64,000 nt of DNA from a virus (lineage: Duplodnaviria > Caudoviricetes), in the IMG/VR virus record IMGVR_UViG_3300034073_003276; one strand, written 5' to 3'. The notes beneath the pieces were generated by a model. It had not been told where the DNA came from, did not search any database, and saw only the letters and a program-made list of their open reading frames with translations. Positions 30,578 through 40,723 of the stretch are shown piece by piece. The position numbers and the translations under genes were made by a program. The first letter of the stretch is position 1; each line of letters opens with the position of its first letter.

Positions 30578-31369
30578 TTACTGTGCTGGTTGAGATGGTT
30601 GGGATATCCGTCCAAGATAAGGATCATAAGTCATAAAATCGTCAATAGTCATATCATGCCCTCGATGTTGCCAAAATTGAAAAAGACCATCATGACTTGC
30701 TTTATGAAATGCATCAACATGTTCTGGATGAATAGAAGATCCTAATTCAATACGATAAAGAAAAATTGGAATTGAAAATGTATTACCAGAATTATAAATC
30801 AAATCATCAGCAACTGCTCTGGGTTTCACTCCTTGATCTAACTTATATTTTCCATCACGAATATGAAATTTCATAAGTTTTTCTGCATGATGGCGAGTGA
30901 TCATATAAGCAGCAGTGGAAAAGTCATTTACAAATCTTTTATGAAGTTTTACATGCAGGTCCCCAGTGCAAATAATTGCTAACTGTATGACATCCCAATC
31001 ATATGGAACTTTTGATACGAAATCTTGCCATGTAAAATTCCAGAATCTTGCAAGTTGTAGATCTACATCGTCCTCCATAATAATTGCATAAGGACTATCA
31101 GAAGTCTCCATCCAATGTTTGATTGCTTTTAAATGAGAAGTTGTACAACCAATCTCACCAGAGGTCATATTCTCTGGATACCTACCTTTAATAATGTCAC
31201 TTAGATCATCTTCCCTCCCATCATATGCAGAGATGCGAGTATAGTTTTCAATTTCCCAATACTTAAATTGCTCCTCCATATATTGCTTTCTTTCTGGTTG
31301 ATCATCCAGATTTAAATAATATATTGGAGGAATATTTTTAAGTTTATATACTGATTTATTTTTATCCAT
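30578..31369 (-). CDS. GT25 glycosyltransferase
   Basis: IYYLNLDDQPERK..M, RISAYDG, GEIGCTTSHLKA, IMEDDV. Likely start MDKNK at 31369. Confidence 0.85.
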   Translation of the reverse strand: MDKNKSVYKLKNIPPIYYLNLDDQPERKQYMEEQFKYWEIENYTRISAYDGREDDLSDIIKGRYPENMTSGEIGCTTSHLKAIKHWMETSDSPYAIIMEDDVDLQLARFWNFTWQDFVSKVPYDWDVIQLAIICTGDLHVKLHKRFVNDFSTAAYMITRHHAEKLMKFHIRDGKYKLDQGVKPRAVADDLIYNSGNTFSIPIFLYRIELGSSIHPEHVDAFHKASHDGLFQFWQHRGHDMTIDDFMTYDPYLGRISQPSQPAQ

Positions 31370-31370
31370 A

Positions 31371-32087
31371 TTATACTTGATACTTAGAATTATCTTTTGC
31401 AAGATGAATTATTTTAGGTAAGAACTTACAGTAATCAGAAAAAACTTCTGGATAGGCATATTCTGGTCCTAGAGTATTAATCTTATCCTTATTTTCAATA
31501 AAGTATTTGTTTAGATGACTTTCATCATGCCAAAGTGCAATGACGTTATTTTTAAGATCTTTATTAGTTCTATCACAGAGTTCATCAATCATTTCAAAAA
31601 CTTCTGGGACTTTACCACCCCACAAACATCCCTGATAGTATACCGTAGGAATTTCTTTTTCAGTATCTACATATGCAAGAGATAATGGATTAGTTTCAAA
31701 TGCACCAGGAAGTTTATTATGTGGGGGCATTCCAAGATTATGGCAGGGATGCCAAACACCAAACAAAGGTTTATCTGAGAAAAAGTCTTCCTCTAAAACC
31801 TTATCAATAACGAGAGTATCAGCATCAAGGAAAACCAACCAGTCATTGTTAGCAATTTCTTCTCTGGCTTTGTTAAGAATCTCAAAGCGAGTAAGCGTGA
31901 TATATGGCCAGTCAAGGTGTTCTTGTGGATATACTTTAACATCTTCTGGGAAATCTCCTTCTCCATCAGTAAATACTAAAAAAGTCTTCTCCGTATTTGG
32001 AAGAAAATTCTCATGAATCTTTTCATAATACTGTGGAAAAAAGTTTAGGTATTTAGATGTTCCAATAAATGCAATTGCGACTTTCAT
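31371..32087 (-). CDS. GT6 (ABO-type alpha-1,3-Gal/GalNAc transferase) glycosyltransferase
   Basis: IAFIGTSKY..F, WPYITL.RF, FLDAD (DxD), YYQGCLWGG, WHDESHLNKYF. Confidence 0.88.
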   Translation of the reverse strand: MKVAIAFIGTSKYLNFFPQYYEKIHENFLPNTEKTFLVFTDGEGDFPEDVKVYPQEHLDWPYITLTRFEILNKAREEIANNDWLVFLDADTLVIDKVLEEDFFSDKPLFGVWHPCHNLGMPPHNKLPGAFETNPLSLAYVDTEKEIPTVYYQGCLWGGKVPEVFEMIDELCDRTNKDLKNNVIALWHDESHLNKYFIENKDKINTLGPEYAYPEVFSDYCKFLPKIIHLAKDNSKYQV

Positions 32088-32878
32088 TAAATTATCACCC
32101 AATTTTCAGGAATTAAATCTTTAGTATCTAAATGCTCATTGTTTGAACCTTTAAACCAACCAGAAGGAGCAACAACCTTTTCACTATTCGATAACCATGC
32201 ACCCCACCAACTAAAAGAACTATTAGCAATAATATGTGCAGAACAAAGAGACATAAGACAAAGATCTAAAGCATTATTTTTAGTTTGAGAAACCATAAAC
32301 CTATCACCACTAAACAGACTATGATTTAAACACCACTCTGGATCATCAGAGAAAATTATAATTTCTCTATCATCATCAAACATATTCAAAGACTGTTCAT
32401 AATATTCAATTGGCAAAACCGTATGATTTGGATTAGTAACATAATCCATTCTACGAATGTGAAGAGCTACCGGTTTAGTCCAGTTAGAAACAACCTGTTT
32501 CGCAGGTTCTAGAATATTATCATGAAACTGAAAGTCAGTCAATATCTCTTCACGAATATGTTTAAAGTATTTCTCTGACTGAAAAAATCCCTGAAGAGTT
32601 ACCCAGTCTGGACAAGTTTCAAATAGTGTTTTATCAAAAGAAAAAGTTTCTTCAGCAACAATTGGACGATCTATATCAATGTATTGATAGTTTAAAGATG
32701 TCAAAGTTGACATTCTAAACACGGAATTCAATTGATGATCTGTCCATTCATTTTGATTTTTAGATTTTGGAATACAAATATTATATCCACGATTTGTAGC
32801 AATGCCTTTTAGAGATGCATATTGAAACATTTGATTTCCAAGTCTGCCAAGTTGTCCTAATGAATTAAATCCAATCAT
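32087..32878 (-). CDS. GT11 alpha-1,2-fucosyltransferase-like
   Basis: GRLGNQMFQYA, GFFQSEKYF, ALHIRR.DY, IFSDDPEWC, IIANSSFSWWGAWL. Confidence 0.9.
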   Translation of the reverse strand: MIGFNSLGQLGRLGNQMFQYASLKGIATNRGYNICIPKSKNQNEWTDHQLNSVFRMSTLTSLNYQYIDIDRPIVAEETFSFDKTLFETCPDWVTLQGFFQSEKYFKHIREEILTDFQFHDNILEPAKQVVSNWTKPVALHIRRMDYVTNPNHTVLPIEYYEQSLNMFDDDREIIIFSDDPEWCLNHSLFSGDRFMVSQTKNNALDLCLMSLCSAHIIANSSFSWWGAWLSNSEKVVAPSGWFKGSNNEHLDTKDLIPENWVII

Positions 32879-33822
32879 GATGCACCTATAACTTTTTCTA
32901 CATTTGGAATATAATATTTTTCAATAATGTTTTCCCACTTAAATTGTTTTGAATATTCCAGTATTTCTTTTCTATGAGATACTGAATATTCCCTATTTCT
33001 TTTCAATACAGATTCAATATAAGTGATATCTTCAATCTTATTTTCTGGAATCACATCAATAAAATCTTTTGTTGTATCTAAATTTGCAGTTCCATATTGA
33101 CTTACAACTACCCCTAAACCACATGACAATGCCTCCATACACACTAGTGGATGTGCTTCACCATCACTTAGGAGCGCAAGATTTCCATAATGTGTAAGAT
33201 TTTTATATAAAATATCTTTACTCCATTCACCCAAATAATTTTTATTGGGATTGAATCTTTGATCTGCAATGTTACCTGCATACCAAAGACTATCAATAGA
33301 CTGAAAAAGATGTTGTCTCTTACGATAATCAATCTTAGCAAGGTAGATTGATCTATCTGGATACTTTGGGGAATCAGTATGACTAAAAGCCTCAGTGTTT
33401 ACTCCATTAGGAGTTACAAAGAGTTTCTCTGTAGACATACCCAACATAATTTGATATATTTTAGAAATACCTTCAGATAAACAAAAGATATTTGGTTTAA
33501 TTTGACCAAAAGCATTGAATACATTCACATATCCATTAAACATTTGTGGTTGTTCCAGATATCCAAAGTGACTTGTGATTGCTTTTGGATATTGAATATA
33601 TGGATATATACTAATAAATTCATCATAATGAACATGAACAAAGTCTGGTCTAAATTGATTGACTTCTTCAATAATTTGATTGAAATCTTTTGTGTTAACA
33701 ATTTGAACTGTGTGCCCTAAATTCTCTAGAGCATTTTTTGTATCCCAAATAAGAATCTCAACGGCACCCCATCCACTAGGAGGAATTGGCATAATTCCTG
33801 GACCGACTAGCGTAATTTTCAT
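32875..33822 (-). CDS. GT-B fold (GT4-like) glycosyltransferase
   Basis: IPPSGWGAVE, TPNGV, EAHPLVCMEALSCGLGVV. Confidence 0.8.
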   Translation of the reverse strand: MKITLVGPGIMPIPPSGWGAVEILIWDTKNALENLGHTVQIVNTKDFNQIIEEVNQFRPDFVHVHYDEFISIYPYIQYPKAITSHFGYLEQPQMFNGYVNVFNAFGQIKPNIFCLSEGISKIYQIMLGMSTEKLFVTPNGVNTEAFSHTDSPKYPDRSIYLAKIDYRKRQHLFQSIDSLWYAGNIADQRFNPNKNYLGEWSKDILYKNLTHYGNLALLSDGEAHPLVCMEALSCGLGVVVSQYGTANLDTTKDFIDVIPENKIEDITYIESVLKRNREYSVSHRKEILEYSKQFKWENIIEKYYIPNVEKVIGAS

Positions 33823-34625
33823 TGCTTACCAAGCTCCGTAAAAAGAGACATATGCTTCCCGTTATATCTCTCATAAATTTCATAATCATCTGGATTTTGT
33901 TTTACCAAATATCCAAGTGCGATTTGTTCGTTGTTTACAAATCCATTTGAAATCATTTTGTTCAAAAGAATATCTTCAACATCCTCACCGACTTTCAAAA
34001 TCTTATCAGCGGTGCCACCAAACATAGATCCCAAAACATAAGAACGATTATCTAAAAGATAATCTTCGGTCAATAGATCTACATTTGCCAGATCTTTATA
34101 ATACTCCATATTCATTTGAATAAGAAACTTATCTCCCATTTCTTCTAGTGCTTCAACAGCGGCAGAACTTGGATACTCCAAAGATAAATCATATCCTTCA
34201 AAAAATCTTGAAGCACCAGCGTCCAACCAAAAGAAAAACTTACTGTTAAAGGTATTTTCCTCAATCGCCTGCTTTAACCACTTAAACTTAGAATATTGAA
34301 TGATAGAATACATTGAGTATTGGCATTCAATTCTTGAAGGATCTAAGATTTTATCTTTATACTCCTCAGAATTAATAATCGCATCCAATTGGTCTTTTAG
34401 ATACTGATAAGGAACCTCATCAACCGACTGAACAATAATATCCGTTGGAATATTTACTCTTCGTTCCTCAACAAAAGAAACAATATCTTCTGTGACGAAC
34501 AAAATCATTGGGCACTTTAATTGGAGTGTAATGTCAAACCACTTCAGATATTCTTCCCAAAATCTTCCATCCATTCTATCTCTTCCAATATTAAAGAGAG
34601 ATGTTACGATTGTTACTTCCTTCAT
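33819..34625 (-). CDS. HtrL/YibB (WlaTC)-like glycosyltransferase
   Basis: VTIVTSLFNIGR, YSIIQYSKF.WL..AI..N.F.S..F.WLDAG, NNEQIAL. Confidence 0.75.
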   Translation of the reverse strand: MKEVTIVTSLFNIGRDRMDGRFWEEYLKWFDITLQLKCPMILFVTEDIVSFVEERRVNIPTDIIVQSVDEVPYQYLKDQLDAIINSEEYKDKILDPSRIECQYSMYSIIQYSKFKWLKQAIEENTFNSKFFFWLDAGASRFFEGYDLSLEYPSSAAVEALEEMGDKFLIQMNMEYYKDLANVDLLTEDYLLDNRSYVLGSMFGGTADKILKVGEDVEDILLNKMISNGFVNNEQIALGYLVKQNPDDYEIYERYNGKHMSLFTELGKQ

Positions 34626-35584
34626 ACTAAACTCATAATAGATTGAATACGATTTACATATGTGTGATTTTCTTTTACATAAAGCATTGCTTTCTTTATA
34701 TATTCATAATCCAAACGCTTATTCATAGCATCACCAAACATTAAAGAGGTGTCTGGAGAATATAAACAATTCCCTTCCAGTTCCTTAAAAACTTCTTCAG
34801 AATTAGTTGTCCCCAAGTGACCCCAACTGATTGATTTGAAAACTCTGCAGGGGACATATCCGTTATTAATATGTTCTGGACCACGAATGTCAACACCAAG
34901 AATTGATTTTTTAGTTCTAAGAATAACCTCTTCTTCACTTAGAGGATTTGCAAAAGGATCATTATGAATGAATTCTACACCATTCTTATGGCATTCTTCA
35001 ATAAAAGGTTTGAAGGTGCTGTAGTTTTCACAACGTCCATGAGTAGAAATATTACCGCTAAAATAGATTTTATTTTCACGAGGATAATAAATATCTTCCA
35101 AATTAAACTCTTCAGGAAGATAATTTGTTGCCCAAGTCACATAAAACTTATCATAATCCTCAATCCAATATTGGTGATAGTCATTCAAAACTTGGACTCT
35201 GCGATTTTTTCTTTCTTGTAAGTAACAACAAGGTCCAACTTCTATGACTTTATCCTTATCTAAGGTATAATCGTAAACGTGGTCTTTATGCCATAAATGA
35301 TTATAACGAACATCAATAAACTTCTTAACACCAGCATTAATATACTTTGCCGGATCCGGGCAAACGTGAACAAAATAAGTGCTGTTTTTATTTAAAGGAA
35401 TATTTTTATCAGCAAATCCTTCAGTCCAGAAAACACAATCATTCCAATCAAAATCTTCAGGATATTCTCCATCGTGAAACCAATAAGTCTCATAACCAAG
35501 ATGAGTAAATGCCTTATAAAAAGCAGCGTGAATATAAGAGTGGGTGTGGGAATGTAATGGATATCCCCAAATAACGACCTTCAT
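34622..35584 (-). CDS. Putative glycosyltransferase (GT-B-like)
   Basis: VVIWGYPLHSHTHSYIH...YVPCRVFKSISWG...HTYVNRI resembles CgeB/spore-maturation type C-termini. Likely start MKVVIW. Confidence 0.5.
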   Translation of the reverse strand: MKVVIWGYPLHSHTHSYIHAAFYKAFTHLGYETYWFHDGEYPEDFDWNDCVFWTEGFADKNIPLNKNSTYFVHVCPDPAKYINAGVKKFIDVRYNHLWHKDHVYDYTLDKDKVIEVGPCCYLQERKNRRVQVLNDYHQYWIEDYDKFYVTWATNYLPEEFNLEDIYYPRENKIYFSGNISTHGRCENYSTFKPFIEECHKNGVEFIHNDPFANPLSEEEVILRTKKSILGVDIRGPEHINNGYVPCRVFKSISWGHLGTTNSEEVFKELEGNCLYSPDTSLMFGDAMNKRLDYEYIKKAMLYVKENHTYVNRIQSIMSLV

Positions 35585-35585
35585 A

Positions 35586-36233
35586 TCAAACTCCAGGATT
35601 GTAAATGACAAGAACTACATTATCACCCCTCTCATCACCCAAGGATATGTTTTCACTTCTCCTCAAATCCATAATTTTGTATTGATATCCCTTTAGAATT
35701 TCGTTGATAAGTCCTTTCATATATGGATGATCACAAAGTTCATCACCTTCCAAATCATATTCCCAGTCAATAGGAATGTCTTCAATGAACATATACCCAT
35801 TAGTTTTTAATTTGGGCAAATAATATCTTATTGCAGCAATTTGGGATTCATATGTGTGGGGTCCATCATCAATAATCAAATCCATATCAGGAAGTTTATT
35901 TGATACTTCCTTATCATATGCATTCCCAATATGGAGAGTAACATCTTTAAGAGGATCATCTATCAGAGACTGTGCTATTTTTCTATGATTTTGATTTTGA
36001 AAAATATCCAAACCATAAATTTTTGCTTTAGAAAAATATTCTCTCCAAAGTCTTAAAGAAGAACCTGTCGCAACTCCAATTTCCAGAAGATTAATTTTAT
36101 CATCTCTAAACTCAAAGAAGTATTCTTCATAAACATCTTTGATATAGGAATGATAGGTATTTTTATCGCAAGAAATTTCTTGCGAGTGGTCATCATACTT
36201 TTTGTCAACATAAATTTCATAAAGTGTTTTCAT
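35586..36233 (-). CDS. Class I SAM-dependent (sugar O-) methyltransferase
   Basis: LLEIGVATGSSL..W..YF..A.IYGLDI, DLIIDDGPH, GYMFIED. Confidence 0.8.
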   Translation of the reverse strand: MKTLYEIYVDKKYDDHSQEISCDKNTYHSYIKDVYEEYFFEFRDDKINLLEIGVATGSSLRLWREYFSKAKIYGLDIFQNQNHRKIAQSLIDDPLKDVTLHIGNAYDKEVSNKLPDMDLIIDDGPHTYESQIAAIRYYLPKLKTNGYMFIEDIPIDWEYDLEGDELCDHPYMKGLINEILKGYQYKIMDLRRSENISLGDERGDNVVLVIYNPGV

Positions 36234-36241
36234 TTTTTTAC

Positions 36242-36874
36242 CTAGGAATTTTTAATAACGTCTATTACAAGTTCACTGCCCTGCAGCATTTTATCTACCC
36301 AAAAAGTAGTTCCACAATACCTTTCTGGTTTATGGATTTCAACATAATTTTCTGGCGGATTGACAATATTATATCCGTAAATATTTTTAATTACCCTACC
36401 AGTTCTATCACTATCATGACAGGCAATAATAGGTGCATAACCAAAAGCAAAATTAACTATATCTCCCCTATTATGAATTCCTGGATCAACAAAAATTATA
36501 TCATATTCATATTCTTTCATGAAAGGAGTGACAATATTTTCCAATACTGAAAGATACTCAGTATCATCTAATGGATACTTATTATCAATTGCATTTTGAT
36601 TAGCATCAATTATTTCTTGTGGTAAACTAATATATTTACATTCCCAGTTATCATAGTTTTTCAGTTTTTCTTTTGTTTTATTTGTCCACTCTAAGTTGAA
36701 ATCACTAACAGATAATTCAACAGATTTTACTTTCTTGATATTATCACACCAAAATTCTGTTCCGAGTCCTAGTCCAAATTCAAGAACAGAATTTAGTTCA
36801 ATATACTCAAATAATTTTGCAAAATAGGGGACCCAATCTTGTGCTTGCGTCAATTCATATTGTTTCTTTTGCAT
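36242..36874 (-). CDS. Methyltransferase-fold hypothetical protein
   Basis: SVLEFGLGLGT and YDIIFVD motifs. Confidence 0.5.
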   Translation of the reverse strand: MQKKQYELTQAQDWVPYFAKLFEYIELNSVLEFGLGLGTEFWCDNIKKVKSVELSVSDFNLEWTNKTKEKLKNYDNWECKYISLPQEIIDANQNAIDNKYPLDDTEYLSVLENIVTPFMKEYEYDIIFVDPGIHNRGDIVNFAFGYAPIIACHDSDRTGRVIKNIYGYNIVNPPENYVEIHKPERYCGTTFWVDKMLQGSELVIDVIKNS

Positions 36875-36876
36875 AA

Positions 36877-37893
36877 TTAAAAACTCCTATAAAACATTTT
36901 CCACAAATTCAATGACTTGTTTTTCAAATATTTAGACCCCTCCTCAAAGGATGAATCCATTGCTTCTTTATCAATTGACTTAAGAATATCTGGTATCTCT
37001 TCAAAAGAGTTAAAATAGAATCTACATCCACTTAAATTTGGATCATACCATTCACACCAATCAATCCAGTCTTTTTGCAAAAGATTAGCTCCACCAGACC
37101 CCCAAATATTAAAAAAGTAATTTGGACGCTTAGAAAGTTCGTAAAAGAAATCTTTAGAAGGAAGCAATACAGGGACTTTGGCGTGAATCAATTCAAAACA
37201 TAAAAACTTAGAAAATGCATCGGGCATCGTAATAAATGCCTTATATTTTTTTAGTTGATCAATAAATCTAAATCCACCATTATAGACAGATATTCCTTTA
37301 CCAGTCAGATACTCACCCATCTTAAAAAAGATATTATCATTATGATATATTGGAACATAAACTTCAGCGTCTGGAAGTTCAAAACTTTCGCCATACATCT
37401 CTTTAAAGTATGCAGTTTCTGGAATGCTATTTTCAATAGAATATAAGTTAATTCCACAAGGAGGAATATGTTCCCTGTCCATTATATCAGTTCCCTTTTC
37501 TTTACACCAAACTTTTTCAAAGAAACTATAAGGAACTATCTTTATATTTGGATTCTGTTCCGCTCTACTAAAGAGTTCATAGAACCTAGTCTGGTCCTCC
37601 ATCCTATAGTCAAACCTATTACAAACCCAAATAACAAGCTTTGACTCAAACTCGTCTTGGTTTTCTAAAAATATCCGTGATAGTGGCGCTGTATCAGATG
37701 TAACGATATAGTCAAACTCATTCAGTTGGTCTTTATGGTCTTTCCAAAAAGTATCTGCAATCTCTTTAGTAATTTTAAATTGACCATCATAAAACTTATG
37801 GTTAGTTACTTCAAACCCTAGTTCATTAAGAACGTAGTGCTGATCTCTAAAACAACCAATGTGATGAGATATATGTAAAACTTCTTTAGTCAT
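36877..37893 (-). CDS. Hypothetical protein, possible glycosyltransferase
   Basis: 338-aa ORF inside the glycan operon; no diagnostic motif recognised. Confidence 0.45.
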   Translation of the reverse strand: MTKEVLHISHHIGCFRDQHYVLNELGFEVTNHKFYDGQFKITKEIADTFWKDHKDQLNEFDYIVTSDTAPLSRIFLENQDEFESKLVIWVCNRFDYRMEDQTRFYELFSRAEQNPNIKIVPYSFFEKVWCKEKGTDIMDREHIPPCGINLYSIENSIPETAYFKEMYGESFELPDAEVYVPIYHNDNIFFKMGEYLTGKGISVYNGGFRFIDQLKKYKAFITMPDAFSKFLCFELIHAKVPVLLPSKDFFYELSKRPNYFFNIWGSGGANLLQKDWIDWCEWYDPNLSGCRFYFNSFEEIPDILKSIDKEAMDSSFEEGSKYLKNKSLNLWKMFYRSF

Positions 37894-38705
37894 AAATTCG
37901 CTTCTTTGGATAATGAACTTTTAGTTACTGTTACTATGTCAACAATTTTGTTTATCGGAATATTGTTTATTCTAACATACTTATCCAATAATATTTCAGG
38001 AATAAAATCTATATTATATGAATAATAAAGTGCCGGAATATAAAGAAAGCAATCTGAATATGTATTCATAATGTCGGAAGAAGAAAATGCAAACAAATCA
38101 CACATACTCAATTCACTTCCTTTATGACTACCTCTATTAAAAACATTTAAAACTTTAGTATCAAAACTACTAAGATCTATTCCTTTATTAAAACAAATAT
38201 CTGTTCTATTTCTTATTACAACATCATACTTAAATTCATTTTGATATTCATATAACTTTTTAAGTTCATTCGATTTGTGTATAGAATAATATTGAGACAG
38301 AACTTTATATGGCTCACATCCATAATGCCATAGTTTCAATACTTCCTTTTCTTTCAAAAAACTAAAATTATTTTTTGCAGAAGCAGGCAAAAATAATTTC
38401 TTATTCTCACCAAGACTTTCCAACTTTTTCCTATTACGCTCCAAATCTTCTTCATATTCTTCTTTTGTTATTTTAGAGTTTATGAAATCATATGGGTTAA
38501 TTTCAAACGACTTCGGTTTTTCTACAAATAAAAACTTTGGTTTCAAATATTCTTTAGCAAATTTAATCTCAGATGAATACTCATCAACATCCCATGTATG
38601 AATAAAGTAATCAACCTCATTCTCTTGAACAATACTATTCTGAAAGTTGACAATATTAGATTGAATATCCCTTAGAAATCCACTATAACAAACTGCTATT
38701 TTCAT
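37890..38705 (-). CDS. Putative glycosyltransferase-like protein, paralogue A
   Basis: MKIAVCYSG.LR, D.FIHTW, YDVVIRNRTD. Confidence 0.55.
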   Translation of the reverse strand: MKIAVCYSGFLRDIQSNIVNFQNSIVQENEVDYFIHTWDVDEYSSEIKFAKEYLKPKFLFVEKPKSFEINPYDFINSKITKEEYEEDLERNRKKLESLGENKKLFLPASAKNNFSFLKEKEVLKLWHYGCEPYKVLSQYYSIHKSNELKKLYEYQNEFKYDVVIRNRTDICFNKGIDLSSFDTKVLNVFNRGSHKGSELSMCDLFAFSSSDIMNTYSDCFLYIPALYYSYNIDFIPEILLDKYVRINNIPINKIVDIVTVTKSSLSKEANL

Positions 38706-39472
38706 ATATCACTATATTGCAATGTCTTATGAAGAATATCTACGTCAGGTCTCCTTACAACTTTATGTATTATATCGACCATATAGTTCTTTTTAAGATT
38801 CACGGACTTTAAATGGTGGTCAAACAAAACTTCTCCAACAAAACAACACTTATCATTGAAATAATAATAAGGTATATGTAAAAATTCTTCTACAGATAAA
38901 ATAATATTTTTTTGGCTTGATATGGTTATCATTTCAGAAAAAAAGTTTTCTATTATAGAATGTGTTGGATTCGTATCTAAATCCCACCTAGTAGCATTAA
39001 TTAGATTTAAGTCTAGTGAACTAATATCCAAAACACTATCAAAAAGAAGATCAGATCTCATACAAACTACCATATCATATTCAACGTCGTTGGTATGGCA
39101 ATACTGCTGAAGTAGTTGAGAAGACATAAATCTTGAATAATGAAAACTCAATAACTGATATGGTCTGCAAGTATACCATCCACTACCAGATATTTTTCTA
39201 AGTTTTGAGTAGTCTCTTAAATCGTTAAAAGTAGAAAATACTATCTGATAGTATGGATTTTTTTGAAAATCTTTAGACTCCTCTATTAATATTGATTTTG
39301 GTTTTACTACATTCTTTACATACTCAATTTGTTTTTTTTGATATTCATCTCCTGTCCATGTATGAACAAAAAAGTCAACATCATGCTCATCCAAAGAAAA
39401 AAACTTTTTGTGAGACTCAAATGTTTCTGTTATGGATCTTAGGAATCCGTTATAACAAATTGCAATTTTCAT
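38702..39472 (-). CDS. Putative glycosyltransferase-like protein, paralogue B
   Basis: MKIAICYNG.LR, DFFVHTW, YDMVVCMRSD. Confidence 0.55.
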   Translation of the reverse strand: MKIAICYNGFLRSITETFESHKKFFSLDEHDVDFFVHTWTGDEYQKKQIEYVKNVVKPKSILIEESKDFQKNPYYQIVFSTFNDLRDYSKLRKISGSGWYTCRPYQLLSFHYSRFMSSQLLQQYCHTNDVEYDMVVCMRSDLLFDSVLDISSLDLNLINATRWDLDTNPTHSIIENFFSEMITISSQKNIILSVEEFLHIPYYYFNDKCCFVGEVLFDHHLKSVNLKKNYMVDIIHKVVRRPDVDILHKTLQYSDI

Positions 39473-40161
39473 AGACTGTCCAAAATAGTTTTAATCATAT
39501 GGTTGAGACCTTGTTCTCTCTCAATACTACTCATCTGCTCACCACCAATAAGATGATCAGAAACTGTATTAACAGAAAGTGCTTTCTTAGAAAAGCGATT
39601 AGCAATACTGTATAAAACGTGAGTTTCCATATCAACTGCTAACACACCCATTTCCATAAATGGTTTGTGCCAGTTAGAATCTGGTTGATAAAAATAATCA
39701 TTGGATACCATTTGCCCAACGTGTGCATCACTATTAACCTTCATATATTTACTAAGAAGGTTGTAATCGCAACAGGGAGAGAGTTTAAAACCAGGTATCA
39801 GATTTTCAGTCATAGCATTATCAGTAGCAGCAGTCATAGCAACAACAACATCTCCAACTTTGAGATTTGGAGAAATACCACCACAACTACCAACTCTGAT
39901 TATATTTTCAACATCATAAAAATTATAAAGTTCGTGGGCATAAATTCCAAGACTTGCTTGCCCCATTCCACTCGCCTGAATAGATACTGGTTTACCATTA
40001 TAAGTTCCAGTATATCCTAGACAATTGCGAACTTTATTAACAATATTATATGTCTCTAAAAAGTTTTCAGCAATCCACTTTGCTCTCAATGGATCACCAG
40101 GCATAAGGACTGTCTTGTGATATTGTCCAGGTTTTGCTTCAATGTGCGGGGTCATTTGCAA
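39469..40161 (-). CDS. deoD: Purine nucleoside phosphorylase (DeoD type)
   Basis: TPHI.A, VLMPGDPLRAKWIA, GYTG.Y.G..VS...SGMG, IIRVGSCG, DMET, TVSDHL. Confidence 0.92.
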   Translation of the reverse strand: MQMTPHIEAKPGQYHKTVLMPGDPLRAKWIAENFLETYNIVNKVRNCLGYTGTYNGKPVSIQASGMGQASLGIYAHELYNFYDVENIIRVGSCGGISPNLKVGDVVVAMTAATDNAMTENLIPGFKLSPCCDYNLLSKYMKVNSDAHVGQMVSNDYFYQPDSNWHKPFMEMGVLAVDMETHVLYSIANRFSKKALSVNTVSDHLIGGEQMSSIEREQGLNHMIKTILDSL

Positions 40162-40723
40162 TAATTTGATAGATTTCTTTCCAGTTTTTTACACGCAGAC
40201 CATTCCATTGTTTGTTATACGGATGATCCATTAATATACTTGTAAGTCCTACTCTTTTACCAGATTCTGCATTACTCACAGAATCCTCAATCCAATAATA
40301 CTTCTTTCCCTTGTATCTGTCAAGAAGATAATCTTCTTTACCTTTAGTAAAATCTAAGGCACAATCAATAAAATCAAATACCTCACCAAATAAATGAATT
40401 AAATTATTTTGTCTCAACTTTTGAGCGTACTTATCCTTATCAAGACAACTAATTACGTCAAATCTCCATCCCAAATTATTCAGTTTACCAATATATTCTA
40501 CAGAATCTCTAAATGCAGGAATAAATCCTATACATCCAGACTCGTTAAAAGACTTAACTTGGCGATATGATTCTTCATCAGTTATTCCATATCTTAGTGA
40601 TTGACTATAGTATTGATCAGTATCTGCAATTCTTTGATATCCATGCTCACCCATCCACACATCAAATGCATATGCCCAATCTAAAAGAACTCCATCACAA
40701 TCGACGATTATTTTTTTATCCAT
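40139..40723 (-). CDS. HAD-superfamily phosphatase (5'-nucleotidase-like)
   Basis: IVDCDGVLLDW (DxD motif I), WIEDS, LMDHPYN. Confidence 0.8.
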   Translation of the reverse strand: MDKKIIVDCDGVLLDWAYAFDVWMGEHGYQRIADTDQYYSQSLRYGITDEESYRQVKSFNESGCIGFIPAFRDSVEYIGKLNNLGWRFDVISCLDKDKYAQKLRQNNLIHLFGEVFDFIDCALDFTKGKEDYLLDRYKGKKYYWIEDSVSNAESGKRVGLTSILMDHPYNKQWNGLRVKNWKEIYQIIANDPAH

